Positions 40,780 to 51,117 are shown, counted from the first letter of the stretch. The stretch: 64,000 bases of DNA from Desulfatiglandales bacterium (GCA_963662465.1 OY759599.1:2240001-2304000); one strand, 5' to 3'. Made by a program: numbers and translations. The notes: a model not told the origin generated them from the sequence alone.

Positions 40780-43700
40780 ATGTTTCCCATGAAATTCGAT
40801 CACAAAACCCTCGAAACTCTCCCTGTCCCGGATGCCGGACGGATCGCGGATGTCGTCAAGCTCCTCAAGGCCATTGCCATGGGACGGGTCATGGCCTATT
40901 TCAAATCCAAACGGGGAACGGATCCCGCCCTGACGGCCGGACTGGCCGACCATTTTGTCATCCGCCGACTGGAAGATGAGGAAAACCGCATTCCCATCGT
41001 AAGCCTCCTGTCCCGAAAAGAGAAGACCTGGATGATTGATATTCATGAACGGATCTTCGATTACCTGGCCTTCGTAATCCCCAGCGATCCTGAATCCAGA
41101 ATTGGCGGGCACTCCGGTGAAGAGGGAAAAATCCTGGCTTTTATCGAATTCCTACTAAGGCATCAAGTGGAACACATGCTTTATCCGGAAGAATCCGAGA
41201 GTGCGGTAATCCATTCCGATCTGGTCTTTGCCATGGACCGACGCAGGGAGGACCCCACCTATTACGCCATGCTCCGGAAGGTTCTGGACGATGAGATGAA
41301 CGGGCTCGAAGGAAAGCTGTATCAGAACATGTTTGAATCGGAAGAACAGGGCAGGCCTCACAAATATCTCATTACCCGGATGCTGACCTCTTTCATCGAC
41401 AGCCTGGTGGATATTCCGGAGTCGCTCCTTCACGCCGCGTTTCCCTTTTTAGACACCGATCTCAAGACAAGACTCATGATTGAATATTACCGGAGAAGTC
41501 GGGAAGTATCCTATTCCCTGATGCAACGGGCCTTTTACCTCCGGGAAGTACTCCGATTTTTCGCTCTCGCCATCGCACGCAATGAGAAAGAAGCCGAGAA
41601 GGTCTTTGATATGTTCAAAGATCGATGGGGCCTGCTTTACCTCTTCCATGAACTGGATCTCCCGGAAACCATTCTGGAGGAAAAAGAGCCCAATGAAATC
41701 TTCTCTTATTTCAGGAAGAGCCTGGAAGAACTCTCCCTTGACGACACGTCTTTTCGCCTGACACCCCGACCTCCGAAAAAGACGGCGCCCGACTCGTCCG
41801 AGCCGCCCGCCGCCACAAAAAGCCTCAAGGACCGCATTGAAGAGGCCCGGAATGATCCGTCATTTCCCCGCCAGGCGCTGGATGTGATCGACAAGAACAA
41901 GATCAGCGCCGTCGGCCACAGTGGCCCCAAGTACACGGAACTGATTGAAGTTCTTCTTGCCGTTCCGTGGGGCCGTGTTCAAAAAATATCGGTTGATCCC
42001 GAAGCCTTTGAGGAGGGTCTCAACAGGACGCACTATGGCCTGGCACGGCCCAAAGAGCTCGTCTGTGATTTTTTTGCCAACCTGATCTGGCGTTATCAGA
42101 ACTTCAACGGGATAGAAGATGTCAAGCACCGCAGCGGAAGCGCCTTCCTCTTTGTGGGTCCCCCCGGCGTCGGCAAGACCTCCCTGGCAATCTCCATTGC
42201 CGAAAACCTCGGGGTTCCCTACCACAAAATCTCCCTGGGCGGAATGCGCGAAGAATCGGCCCTCCGGGGCCACGGGTTCACCTTCGAAGGTTCCAAACCC
42301 GGAGCCATCGTTCAGGGTCTGATCAAAATGGGCATCATGAACGGGATGTTTATTCTCGATGAGGCGGACAAGACCGAGCCCGCAACCGTTTCAACGCTCC
42401 TGGAGATTTTGGACCCGGAGCAGAATCATCTTTTTCACGACAAGTTCACCATGACGACCGTGGACATTGACCTCTCCAACTGCCACTTTATCCTTACAGC
42501 CAATACCCTGGAAACGGTGCCGCCGCCGGTACTCAACCGCTGCGAAGTGGTTCTCCTGGATCGCTACAGCATTGAAGAAAAAATCGCCATCGGAAGCCAA
42601 TATCTGATCGGGCGGGTACGAAAACGACATAAAATCACCAAAGAGACCATCGCCATCAACCCCGACCATGAAGTTGACCTTCTGCGATACCTGATCAAAA
42701 CATACACCCATGAACCGGGGGTAAGGGAGCTGGAACGGATCATCCGGACCCTTTTCCTGAGAATCTTTCGAAAAGAAATCCTGAGCAAGGGACAGTCATC
42801 GGTTCAAATCACACGGGAGAAGATCAAGCAGTATCTGGAGACGCCCACGCCGCCAAGAGGGATCTCCGAGGAAGACCGTGTGGGGGAAATATTGGCCCTG
42901 GGGGTAAATGTGGCGTTGGGCATCGGGTCCGTGATTCCCATACAGGCCACTCCGATCTGGCTTGAAAGAAGCAACGAGGGCCGGCACGGCGCCTATCTGA
43001 GCATGGTCCACGCCACCGGAAATATTGAGAAAATCATGGATGAAAGCCGAAAGGTGGCCACCACCGCCATCTTTCACTGTGCCGATGCATTGGGGATTGA
43101 CCTAAAGCAGGCGGGAACGCCGATCCACCTTCATTTCATGGGGAGTTCTACCCGGAAAGACGGGCCTTCCGCCGGAGGCGCCATCGCACTGGCCCTGGCA
43201 TCGGCCCTCTCCGGCCGCTATATCCGGAGGGATGTGGCTATGACCGGCGAGATCGATACCAAAGGCCGCATCACCGCCGTGGGCGGTCTCGACGTTAAAA
43301 TGGAAACAGCCTGCGATGCGGGATGCAAAACCATGATCATCCCCATGGAAACGCTCCATGATGAGAAAGGCATCAAACGCCTGCCCCAGGCCCTGAAGAA
43401 GGAGCTTCAGATCCTGACCTACGAATCCTGGAAAGGGGTACATGAACCATTTGACTACCGCCGTCACGTCCTTCAGGTCGTTGCGGTAGACCATCTGGTA
43501 CAGGCAGCTGATGTGGCTTTTGTAGACCGGAACGAATTGACGACGTTGACAAGCGCCTTGACGCCCCATGCCGCGTCAATAGCCGAAACCCTTGAGGCCA
43601 CACAAAGGGAACAGCGACAGGGTTTACGCGTTCTATACCTGAAAGATCCTAAAGAACTGCAAATGGAGGGGATGGAGGGTCCGCTCACAGGCGACGATTC

Positions 43701-44313
43701 CTGCGTCTTTCTGTTCCCGGCGGGAATGGAGAAAACAGTCCGGGAAAAATTCCCCCATTTCAAGGGCCGCATTCTATTCCGCCATATGGACCGCTCCCCG
43801 GGGAAGGTTACAGCCATTATAGGGGATATCCTGAAAAAATCGGCAACAACGTCCCATAAGCCGATTTCCGTCTCCGTCATCGCCCCGTTCTTCTTCTTGC
43901 GGAAGGAAGGGATTACGCCCCAGGCTCTCTTTCCGGATGGAACACAGGGAAACCTGACGCTTTTTGCCAACAACTACACCGTTCAGGACATCAAAATCAA
44001 GAGGTGCAAAGCGGCCCTGAATCGCGTCTTCAGCCACCTTTCCAAAGAGCCCCCCGCACAATTGGAAGCCTGCCCTTTTCTGACAATGCACCACGGCATC
44101 CATGTGGTGGATATTTCGTTCATTCCCGAAAAATATCGACTCGATGTGAAGCGTGCGGAAGATATCCTTAACCGATGCCTGCGGGAGTGGCTCAACACGG
44201 TTGGGACAGGGATTAAACCCTCACGCAATCAACCCATGAACCATCAGTTTTCGGACAATGGGCGGAACCATGAGGGCGCCCAGAACCCCGAAGACGACGC
44301 CGCAGGCAGATGA
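40780..44313 (+). CDS. Lon (S16)-family AAA+ protease with atypical N- and C-terminal domains
   Basis: GPPGVGKT, FILDEADK, LLEILDPEQN, KDGPSAG, AMTGEI and GGLDVK motifs. Confidence 0.88.
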   Translation: MFPMKFDHKTLETLPVPDAGRIADVVKLLKAIAMGRVMAYFKSKRGTDPALTAGLADHFVIRRLEDEENRIPIVSLLSRKEKTWMIDIHERIFDYLAFVIPSDPESRIGGHSGEEGKILAFIEFLLRHQVEHMLYPEESESAVIHSDLVFAMDRRREDPTYYAMLRKVLDDEMNGLEGKLYQNMFESEEQGRPHKYLITRMLTSFIDSLVDIPESLLHAAFPFLDTDLKTRLMIEYYRRSREVSYSLMQRAFYLREVLRFFALAIARNEKEAEKVFDMFKDRWGLLYLFHELDLPETILEEKEPNEIFSYFRKSLEELSLDDTSFRLTPRPPKKTAPDSSEPPAATKSLKDRIEEARNDPSFPRQALDVIDKNKISAVGHSGPKYTELIEVLLAVPWGRVQKISVDPEAFEEGLNRTHYGLARPKELVCDFFANLIWRYQNFNGIEDVKHRSGSAFLFVGPPGVGKTSLAISIAENLGVPYHKISLGGMREESALRGHGFTFEGSKPGAIVQGLIKMGIMNGMFILDEADKTEPATVSTLLEILDPEQNHLFHDKFTMTTVDIDLSNCHFILTANTLETVPPPVLNRCEVVLLDRYSIEEKIAIGSQYLIGRVRKRHKITKETIAINPDHEVDLLRYLIKTYTHEPGVRELERIIRTLFLRIFRKEILSKGQSSVQITREKIKQYLETPTPPRGISEEDRVGEILALGVNVALGIGSVIPIQATPIWLERSNEGRHGAYLSMVHATGNIEKIMDESRKVATTAIFHCADALGIDLKQAGTPIHLHFMGSSTRKDGPSAGGAIALALASALSGRYIRRDVAMTGEIDTKGRITAVGGLDVKMETACDAGCKTMIIPMETLHDEKGIKRLPQALKKELQILTYESWKGVHEPFDYRRHVLQVVAVDHLVQAADVAFVDRNELTTLTSALTPHAASIAETLEATQREQRQGLRVLYLKDPKELQMEGMEGPLTGDDSCVFLFPAGMEKTVREKFPHFKGRILFRHMDRSPGKVTAIIGDILKKSATTSHKPISVSVIAPFFFLRKEGITPQALFPDGTQGNLTLFANNYTVQDIKIKRCKAALNRVFSHLSKEPPAQLEACPFLTMHHGIHVVDISFIPEKYRLDVKRAEDILNRCLREWLNTVGTGIKPSRNQPMNHQFSDNGRNHEGAQNPEDDAAGR

Positions 44314-44742
44314 AATTAAAGCGTGCTGCAAGATGAGGTCCCAATCCATTCCGATGACCCATTCCACTGCAATAATGGTCAGAAAACGGCTTGCGGCGCC
44401 CAGAGCGCCGACGATGGCGCAAGCCACGTAACTACCTGCCAATCCCGAAGAAAAAAGGCCCACCAGGTCAACAATGAGGCCGGGGACCACAAACTTCAAA
44501 ATAATCAACGGACCGCCCTTGCCCATCCCCAACAAGGTGCAGAGAAGCCCCGCCAGGAGTCCCACCAGTGTAGCGGCGCCCAGCCTGGGAACGCAACCCC
44601 TTCCCAGGATCAGGAAAAACATGGTAAAAAACATGGCATGCCCGGGAATATTTAAGTGCAATCTAAATACGCCCCGTGTAATGACAATAAAGCAGGCACA
44701 GAATGCCAGACAAAGCGCTTCCTGAAGGGTGAATTTTTTCAT
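44221..44742 (-). CDS. ECF transporter S-component-like membrane protein
   Basis: 173 aa, 5-6 TM helices, ATGA-coupled to the T component. Confidence 0.7.
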   Translation of the reverse strand: MKKFTLQEALCLAFCACFIVITRGVFRLHLNIPGHAMFFTMFFLILGRGCVPRLGAATLVGLLAGLLCTLLGMGKGGPLIILKFVVPGLIVDLVGLFSSGLAGSYVACAIVGALGAASRFLTIIAVEWVIGMDWDLILQHALISSACGVVFGVLGALMVPPIVRKLMVHGLIA

Positions 44743-45413
44743 GGACGCGGTCGCTCCCCAAACCCCCTGGCCTCGGCGGATAACGCCGCTGACCTTGAGG
44801 TTTTTAACGCCCTCACCATGAGAGGGATCATCAAGCACTGAAACAGGTCTTTCCAGTGAATGGGATTCCAGGCATAGCGAATTCCCACGGGCGCCCCACG
44901 AAGTTGTTGGGCCATATAGATCTCCCGGGTTTCACGGGCAAAGAAGGGAACAAACCGCAAACTGGTAAAGAGAAGAAACGACAATCGTTCCGACATGACC
45001 TTTTTCAGACTTCCCATCATCCGACTCCCTTCGGTCGTTCGAAGGAGGACCGTTCCCGGCAAAAAAAGAAGCAGAATCTGGCAACCGGTCCGCAATCCCG
45101 GCCAGAGACCTTCCGCAAACCCGTATTTAATCAGATACAGCAGCAGGATGACCGCCATCTGGACCAGGAAGAAGCGAATATCCCGCCACAGATTACGAAA
45201 GCCCAGGTGGGCTGAAAGATAATAGGCCAGGTTGACAACCAGAAGTCCCGCCAGCATCCAGGGCTCCCGGGCGGCAATAGCGCCGGCTGAAAAAGCAACG
45301 GCCAGAATAATTTTCCACCCCGCGCCCAGCCTGTGGATGGGGGAGTTCCCGGCACAATACTGAAAGGCGCCTCCCCTGAAACCGCCATTTTCAATTCGTT
45401 CCCATTTCTTCAA
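44739..45413 (-). CDS. ECF transporter T component (CbiQ/EcfT)
   Basis: SPIHRL...K, LRFVP, AQQLRG and AEARGF motifs. Confidence 0.9.
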   Translation of the reverse strand: MKKWERIENGGFRGGAFQYCAGNSPIHRLGAGWKIILAVAFSAGAIAAREPWMLAGLLVVNLAYYLSAHLGFRNLWRDIRFFLVQMAVILLLYLIKYGFAEGLWPGLRTGCQILLLFLPGTVLLRTTEGSRMMGSLKKVMSERLSFLLFTSLRFVPFFARETREIYMAQQLRGAPVGIRYAWNPIHWKDLFQCLMIPLMVRALKTSRSAALSAEARGFGERPRP

Positions 45414-46773
45414 TGCGCCCCTCCTTTAGAAAAAGCGTTTCATCGGCCCATGCGCCATCGGGCAGGAATTCGTGAGACGCGATTACCACCGTTGTCCCCC
45501 GCGATTTACGCAAACGGGACAGGATCTTTAAAATGTTTTTTCTCCGGGCAAAATCAAGCCCCGCAAAAGGTTCATCCAGCATGAGGATTTGAGGTTGCGG
45601 CGCCATCACCGATGCCAGGGCCACCCGGTGCTGCTCCCCGAAACTGAGGGTCAGCGGTGATCGGTCTTTCAAATGGGCCACATGGCAGATTTCAAGGGCT
45701 TGGGCGACACGGGTCTTGATCTCCCGGGCTGAAACCCCCATCCGCTTAAGGGAAAACCCCACTTCATCCCGAACCGTGTCTTCAAAAAGCTGCCGTTCAG
45801 GGTTCTGGAAAAGATACCCTATTTTCCCCAGGAGCCTATCCATTCTGGGACGTCCCATTCCGTCCATTTGAATGTCGCCGGCCTCGGGCCGAATGAGCCC
45901 TGTCATGCATTTCAACAGCGTGGATTTCCCCACACCATTTTGACCATGAATGAACACCAGGCGGCCCGCAAACAAACTCAGGTTGAGGTCGTCAAACAAC
46001 AATCGCCCGTTACCACCCGAGAGACAAAGCCCCTTCACGGAGAGCAGACGCTTCACGGGTTCCCTTGCCTCGGCCGCCATCCCCCCGTGACGCTTCGGGG
46101 GAGAAAGAATAAATTCAGACGGAATTTCACGATCAATGCGCTGAATACGTCCCCGGTCCATGAAAACAAAACGATCCGCCGGCTGTTCGAAAGGGCCCAG
46201 TTCATGATCGGCAATCAGCAGGGTATGCCCCGCCGCTTTCAGACGGGTTAAAAGAGCCGTCAACCGACGCTTTCCGTCGGCATCCAGTTGGGCCGTGGGT
46301 TCATCCAGGAGCAAAATTTTCGGGGAGGTGGAGAGTACCGATGCAATGGCCAGGCGATGGGTCTGCCCGGCGGAGAGGGCTTCCACATTTCGCGTTTCAA
46401 AACCGGTCAAGGAAACCGCTTCCAGGCTTTTTCCGACTGCCGTCTCAATTTCCCGAGGACTGAACCCCCGGTTTTGGGGCCCAAAGGCCACTTCATCCGC
46501 CACCGTGGTGCAGAGGAGATGGCTTTCCGCATTTTGAAACACCAGCCCGGTGGGACAGGGTGCCCCCCCCGCAACTCGAAGGGTCCCTTTCTCTATTCCA
46601 CCTTTCAAAAGCCCCTTGAGCGCCAGAAAAAGCGTACTCTTTCCACAGCCTGATGGCCCCGTAAAACAGATACATTCGCCGGACGGTACGGACAAAGACA
46701 GATGGGATAAGGCCCAGGCCTCTCGACCTGGATACCGGTAAGCATAATCCCTTAGCTCAACAACGGGGTTCAT
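45391..46773 (-). CDS. ECF transporter ATPase with duplicated ABC domains
   Basis: GPSGCGKS and GQNGVGKS Walker A motifs, FQN Q-loops, LSAGQ and LSFGE signatures. Confidence 0.92.
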   Translation of the reverse strand: MNPVVELRDYAYRYPGREAWALSHLSLSVPSGECICFTGPSGCGKSTLFLALKGLLKGGIEKGTLRVAGGAPCPTGLVFQNAESHLLCTTVADEVAFGPQNRGFSPREIETAVGKSLEAVSLTGFETRNVEALSAGQTHRLAIASVLSTSPKILLLDEPTAQLDADGKRRLTALLTRLKAAGHTLLIADHELGPFEQPADRFVFMDRGRIQRIDREIPSEFILSPPKRHGGMAAEAREPVKRLLSVKGLCLSGGNGRLLFDDLNLSLFAGRLVFIHGQNGVGKSTLLKCMTGLIRPEAGDIQMDGMGRPRMDRLLGKIGYLFQNPERQLFEDTVRDEVGFSLKRMGVSAREIKTRVAQALEICHVAHLKDRSPLTLSFGEQHRVALASVMAPQPQILMLDEPFAGLDFARRKNILKILSRLRKSRGTTVVIASHEFLPDGAWADETLFLKEGRIEEMGTN

Positions 46774-46810
46774 AGGGGGCGAACGTCGGTCTCAACAAAA
46801 GATTCAGGCA

Positions 46811-47530
46811 TTATCCTTTTTTCCGCTTTCCGCACAGGGATTCCCAAAGGCCTTCACCCTTTTTATGCACGGCGAAAACGGCCCGGTTGCCCCAGAGCCT
46901 GGGCCGCAACCAGTTCAGTGTATGAACCCGATCGTCGGGAGCCGGGGCCATCCCGTCCCGATCCAGGGAAACCACCGTAATATGGGCCTGTTCCAATTGG
47001 GACACCGCCACATCCTCGGAAAAATCCCGAAGCCCGCCAAATTCGATAAACCTGCCGTTCCACCCGGAGGCGGTCAATCCCACGGCGGCGGCTGCCCCGA
47101 TGATGCCGTCGTTGGTTCCCCCATGCCCGGAAAGGTGAAATCCAGACGCCGCAACAAGGGCATCTTTCTGTGTAACCACTTTCCGGGTGCAAAGAAGACC
47201 GAAATCAAGCAGAACCGACAAATCGGTTTCCCCGTTTGGCGCCACGCATACGCCCGGATCGCTTCCCACAAGGGAATGCCGTTCCACGTGCGCCACGGCC
47301 CTTTCAATCAATTCCCCCAGCATAGCCTGATCCGGCATGTCCACCACCATGCAGGCGGAGCTGTTATGGGACGTGTAGGGGATATCGTCATGCAACAACA
47401 GTTGCTGACGCACAACACCCCACATGCAGCAGCCTTCCGGCAGCTCTTTTTCAAACCACCGGACCAATTTTCCGGTACCGCGGCCGGCATTTATATTGTC
47501 GGTATCGTCAAAACCGATATAGACGCGCAT
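46811..47530 (-). CDS. TiaS/COG1571 N-terminal-like 'DDTD' protein
   Basis: YIGFDDTD, IPYTSHNSSAC, SDPGVC and GIIGAAAAVG motifs; lacks the OB and zinc-ribbon tRNA-binding domains. Confidence 0.75.
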   Translation of the reverse strand: MRVYIGFDDTDNINAGRGTGKLVRWFEKELPEGCCMWGVVRQQLLLHDDIPYTSHNSSACMVVDMPDQAMLGELIERAVAHVERHSLVGSDPGVCVAPNGETDLSVLLDFGLLCTRKVVTQKDALVAASGFHLSGHGGTNDGIIGAAAAVGLTASGWNGRFIEFGGLRDFSEDVAVSQLEQAHITVVSLDRDGMAPAPDDRVHTLNWLRPRLWGNRAVFAVHKKGEGLWESLCGKRKKG

Positions 47531-47543
47531 GGGTTGACTCCAG

Positions 47544-47566
47544 GTTTTAAGTTTTAAGTTTTAAGT
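47544..47566. repeat. Heptamer tandem repeat (gttttaa)x3
   Basis: Same unit as in the MITE interior at ~8168-8197. Confidence 0.6.
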
Positions 47567-47630
47567 CTTGCTACCAATGATTTTCTTGTTTTTTGAAACA
47601 GCGTTTCAGGGAATAGACACTAACCGCTTT

Positions 47631-49652
47631 CTAAAAATAAACCGCCACGCCCCCGTAAATGATCCGCCCGGCGGTCGGGAACCCGTAACTTTCTTCATAA
47701 TTTTTGTCAAAGAGGTTGTCGGCCCCCACATAAAGATCCAGGAGACCGTTAAGCAACGTCTGGTCGAATTTCAGATTGACAATGGCGAAATTGTTCAACT
47801 CCGCTTTCTCATAGGGTTCGGACCGAGAGTAGTAGACCTGGTCCGCATTATAAATGACATTCGCATAGGCGGAAAAACCGAAGTAGAAGGTATACTTTCC
47901 TTCCAGCGTCAACTTGTGCCGGGGCCGGTATTGCAGCTCGTCCCTTCCACTGTTGGGGGACTTGTCTTCCGTATCCATGAAGGTATATCCCAGACGCAGC
48001 ATGAGTCGCTCAATAAACCGGGTTTCGGCAGTGACCTCAAACCCCTGAAACCGATACTTGTCGTAGTTCTGAAAATAGTCCTCGTTATTTGGTTTTTCAA
48101 TGTAGTCATCCACATCGGACAGAAATCCGTTAAGGGCAACACGGCTGTTGAGGGGCAGGGCCTGCTCCACACCCAGTTCATAGTTATAGGAGGTTTCCGG
48201 AACCAGATCCGGATTTCCTTCTCCAACGGAGTAGAGTTGACGAAGGGACGCAAAGCGGATTTTCTTTGCATATGCCCCTCGCACCCGAGTGCCCTTCACA
48301 ATATCGTAATAGGCGCCCGCCATATAACTCCCTTTGTTTTCGTTGGCGCCCGATTCTTCCTTGTTCTGCCAGTAGTGACCATATCCCAACACCAGCCCCA
48401 GACGATCAAAAAGGGTGATTTCATACTCCAGGGAAGCGCTGTAAACCCAGAGACTCCAGGCGTTATCGAAATTCCTGAACTCGTAATCCTTTCCGACTTT
48501 CTCATCCCGAATCTTGCCTTTGGAATCATATTCCTGCTTCTGTGCATCGAGGGCCAAAGTAAAGGATCCCGCGGATGTCAAATCGAGCGCCGTCTGGATG
48601 GTTCCCCCCCAGTTCTTGGATGTGCCGTCCTCAAAGTAGGTGCCCTTTGTCAGCATGGAATTATAGTTGTCATCATCGTACCGGGTCCGGTCCTCATCAT
48701 ACTCGTTGTAATAGGCCCAGCCCCGAATGTCCACAGGCCCCGGCAAATCATAGCTGGTTGAAAACTGGGCGTTAAACCCTTCGAAATGATTGACCCGTTC
48801 ATATTTCGGATTATTGGCAAAATCGTCGGGATCGGTCTTGGTGCCTTGCTTGGTACTGGGGGGAATGCCGTAATTGCCGTTTACAAAACTGGCCACGAGT
48901 CCCAGGTCCCAGTCTTTGGTGGGGGAATATCCAATGTTGCCGAAGACGTTGTTTCTTCGATTGTCGCTGTTTTCCCGTTCTCCGCCTCCCTGCAGGGACG
49001 TGGCTTGAAAGTCGTTGGCCAGAGGATAGTCCTTCCGGGCCGACATACTACCACTCACAAAGAAGTCCGCTCCTTTGGCGGCGCCGCCCGCGTTGAATCG
49101 TCCCAGACGTTCCGACCCTTCCCCGGTCTCTCCGGAAGCCATGCCGTGAATGCCCTCTTTGCCCTTCTTGGTGATGATATTGATGACCCCGCCCATCCCC
49201 CCCTGGCCGTAGAGGACCGAATTGGCGCCGTAACTCACCTTTATTTTGGCAATGTTTTCCGTGGGAATAATGGAAGGATCAAATTGACCGTCGTAGGTTG
49301 AATTGAGCGGCACACCATCGAGCAAAAGCAACACATGACGAGATCTGAAACCGCGGATATCCACACGGGGAGTGCCTTCCGCGCCGGTCCGAATCTCCAC
49401 GCCCGGCAGCAGTTGAAGAGCCTGATCCAGGGTCCTGGCATCCTTGTTTTGAATCTCCTCAGCCGTCACCTCGCGAACAGTGCCGGCGGTTTCCACCACG
49501 TCCTGCCTGGCGGAGACCACAACCTCTCCCAGCGTATAAACGCCTGCATTCTTTTCGTCTGTTTCCGCCACACCCAAGGCCGGGAACAGCCATAAGGCCG
49601 TACCAGCAACCAAAGATAACCTCATCCAACACCACGTCGTTCTCTTTTTCAT
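47631..49652 (-). CDS. TonB-dependent receptor
   Basis: Signal peptide, LGEVVVSA TonB box, plug IRGF...LLDGVP, NLFDKNY and C-terminal Phe. Confidence 0.95.
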   Translation of the reverse strand: MKKRTTWCWMRLSLVAGTALWLFPALGVAETDEKNAGVYTLGEVVVSARQDVVETAGTVREVTAEEIQNKDARTLDQALQLLPGVEIRTGAEGTPRVDIRGFRSRHVLLLLDGVPLNSTYDGQFDPSIIPTENIAKIKVSYGANSVLYGQGGMGGVINIITKKGKEGIHGMASGETGEGSERLGRFNAGGAAKGADFFVSGSMSARKDYPLANDFQATSLQGGGERENSDNRRNNVFGNIGYSPTKDWDLGLVASFVNGNYGIPPSTKQGTKTDPDDFANNPKYERVNHFEGFNAQFSTSYDLPGPVDIRGWAYYNEYDEDRTRYDDDNYNSMLTKGTYFEDGTSKNWGGTIQTALDLTSAGSFTLALDAQKQEYDSKGKIRDEKVGKDYEFRNFDNAWSLWVYSASLEYEITLFDRLGLVLGYGHYWQNKEESGANENKGSYMAGAYYDIVKGTRVRGAYAKKIRFASLRQLYSVGEGNPDLVPETSYNYELGVEQALPLNSRVALNGFLSDVDDYIEKPNNEDYFQNYDKYRFQGFEVTAETRFIERLMLRLGYTFMDTEDKSPNSGRDELQYRPRHKLTLEGKYTFYFGFSAYANVIYNADQVYYSRSEPYEKAELNNFAIVNLKFDQTLLNGLLDLYVGADNLFDKNYEESYGFPTAGRIIYGGVAVYF

Positions 49653-49997
49653 TGCACTGCTACCTTTCCGCTATCGTTATGATTAAAATTACACCCCCGC
49701 TCCTTCAGGAGCCTACCCAATGGAGGCCCGATAATATGCTTTTGAGTTTGATTTTGTCAACTGAATAGGGGGTCGGAGTTGACTTATAGAATATACAAAC
49801 CAATATAGGCGTATAGGGGTCTTAACCGAGTTTGATCAACTGTCGAATTAAGAACCATTTTAGGCTCTCAAAACGACTATTGAGCAACGCAGCATAAAAA
49901 TAATCTTTTCTATTGAATCGCTAACGTGTAGGATATTCCCACTGGTCATTGCATTTTTTGAAACCTTTCACCCCTGAACGGCTCTAAATGAGGTAAC

Positions 49998-50606
49998 GTG
50001 ACAGACATCGCGACCGACATGACGGATCACCATCTGATCGTCCAATTCAAGGAAGGGTCCATGGAAGCCATGGAAGCCATCGTGGATCGGTATGAAAATC
50101 AAATCTTCACCTTCGGTCTCAAGATGTGCGGTCAACTCCAGGATGCCGAGGATATTACACAGGACACTTTTCTGAATGCCTTCAAGTATTTAAACAGTTT
50201 CAGAGAAGAGACCAAATTGAAAAACTGGTTGTTCAAAATTGCCGCCACGGCATGCATCCGAAAACGGCGTAAGAAAAAATGCGAGCCGGATCGGGAACTA
50301 TCCCTGGAATCCTTTACAAACGAGAACGGCGCACCCGAAACATATGATATCCCCGATTGGTCCGATAACCCGTCAGATAAAGTGTTGCAGGCGGAAATGA
50401 AACAGGTCATCAATGATGCCATCAAGACGCTCCCGCACAAATACAAACTGGTATTCAACCTCCGGGACATTCAAGGGTTCAGCACCAAAGAAACCGCCGA
50501 AATCCTTGAAATCAGTATTGAATCGGTAAAAACCCGGCTCCATCGAGCGAGACTGGCCCTGAGGGAAAAAATATCCCACTCATACAGCGAAGGAAAAATC
50601 TCATGA
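49998..50606 (+). CDS. ECF RNA polymerase sigma factor
   Basis: DAEDITQDTF, NWLFKIA and SVKTRLHRAR motifs. Confidence 0.93.
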   Translation: MTDIATDMTDHHLIVQFKEGSMEAMEAIVDRYENQIFTFGLKMCGQLQDAEDITQDTFLNAFKYLNSFREETKLKNWLFKIAATACIRKRRKKKCEPDRELSLESFTNENGAPETYDIPDWSDNPSDKVLQAEMKQVINDAIKTLPHKYKLVFNLRDIQGFSTKETAEILEISIESVKTRLHRARLALREKISHSYSEGKIS

Positions 50607-50863
50607 AGGAGGCGTGCAAAAAAAACTTCGAAAGAATTTCCGAATACCTGGATGGAGAACTCAAACCAAACGTCTGCCAACAGATCGAAAACCATCTCAA
50701 AACATGCCCGGAATGCAGGTCATGCGTTGATGCGCTGAAAAAAACCGTCGACCTCTGTAAAAAAAGCACTCGGGAAGAGATACCCCAGGATATGCGAAAT
50801 CGCCTCAGAAACAAACTGAGAGAGTGTTTCGGGAAGGAAGAACCGAACCCCCGCGCAGAATAA
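50603..50863 (+). CDS. Zinc-finger (zf-HC2) anti-sigma factor
   Basis: ISEYLDGEL...HLKTCPEC; overlaps the sigma stop codon. Confidence 0.9.
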   Translation: MKEACKKNFERISEYLDGELKPNVCQQIENHLKTCPECRSCVDALKKTVDLCKKSTREEIPQDMRNRLRNKLRECFGKEEPNPRAE

Positions 50864-51117
50864 ACCACCGCATGGACTCATTTTCCCCTTTCCCATGAAT
50901 CCAAAACCAATCCGTTGCGCAATTTCATCCCAGCCAAGATTGTTGACCGTAAACGCAAGGCAGGGTTTGCATGCGACCGCTCACCACCTCTGTTCCGTCA
51001 ATGTTTTCTTTTCGCTTTGAGCTTTTTCAAATACGCTTCTATCTCTTCAGGGATGTTACGGTTCTTTGGCTCATCGCGGATTAACGTGAAAATCGCTACT
51101 GACTTCGCTTTCGCACT

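Noticed and set aside
49670..49700. ModE/TunR-like box upstream of the TBDR
   Set aside because: Only a half-site (atcgttat) is visible; insufficient.
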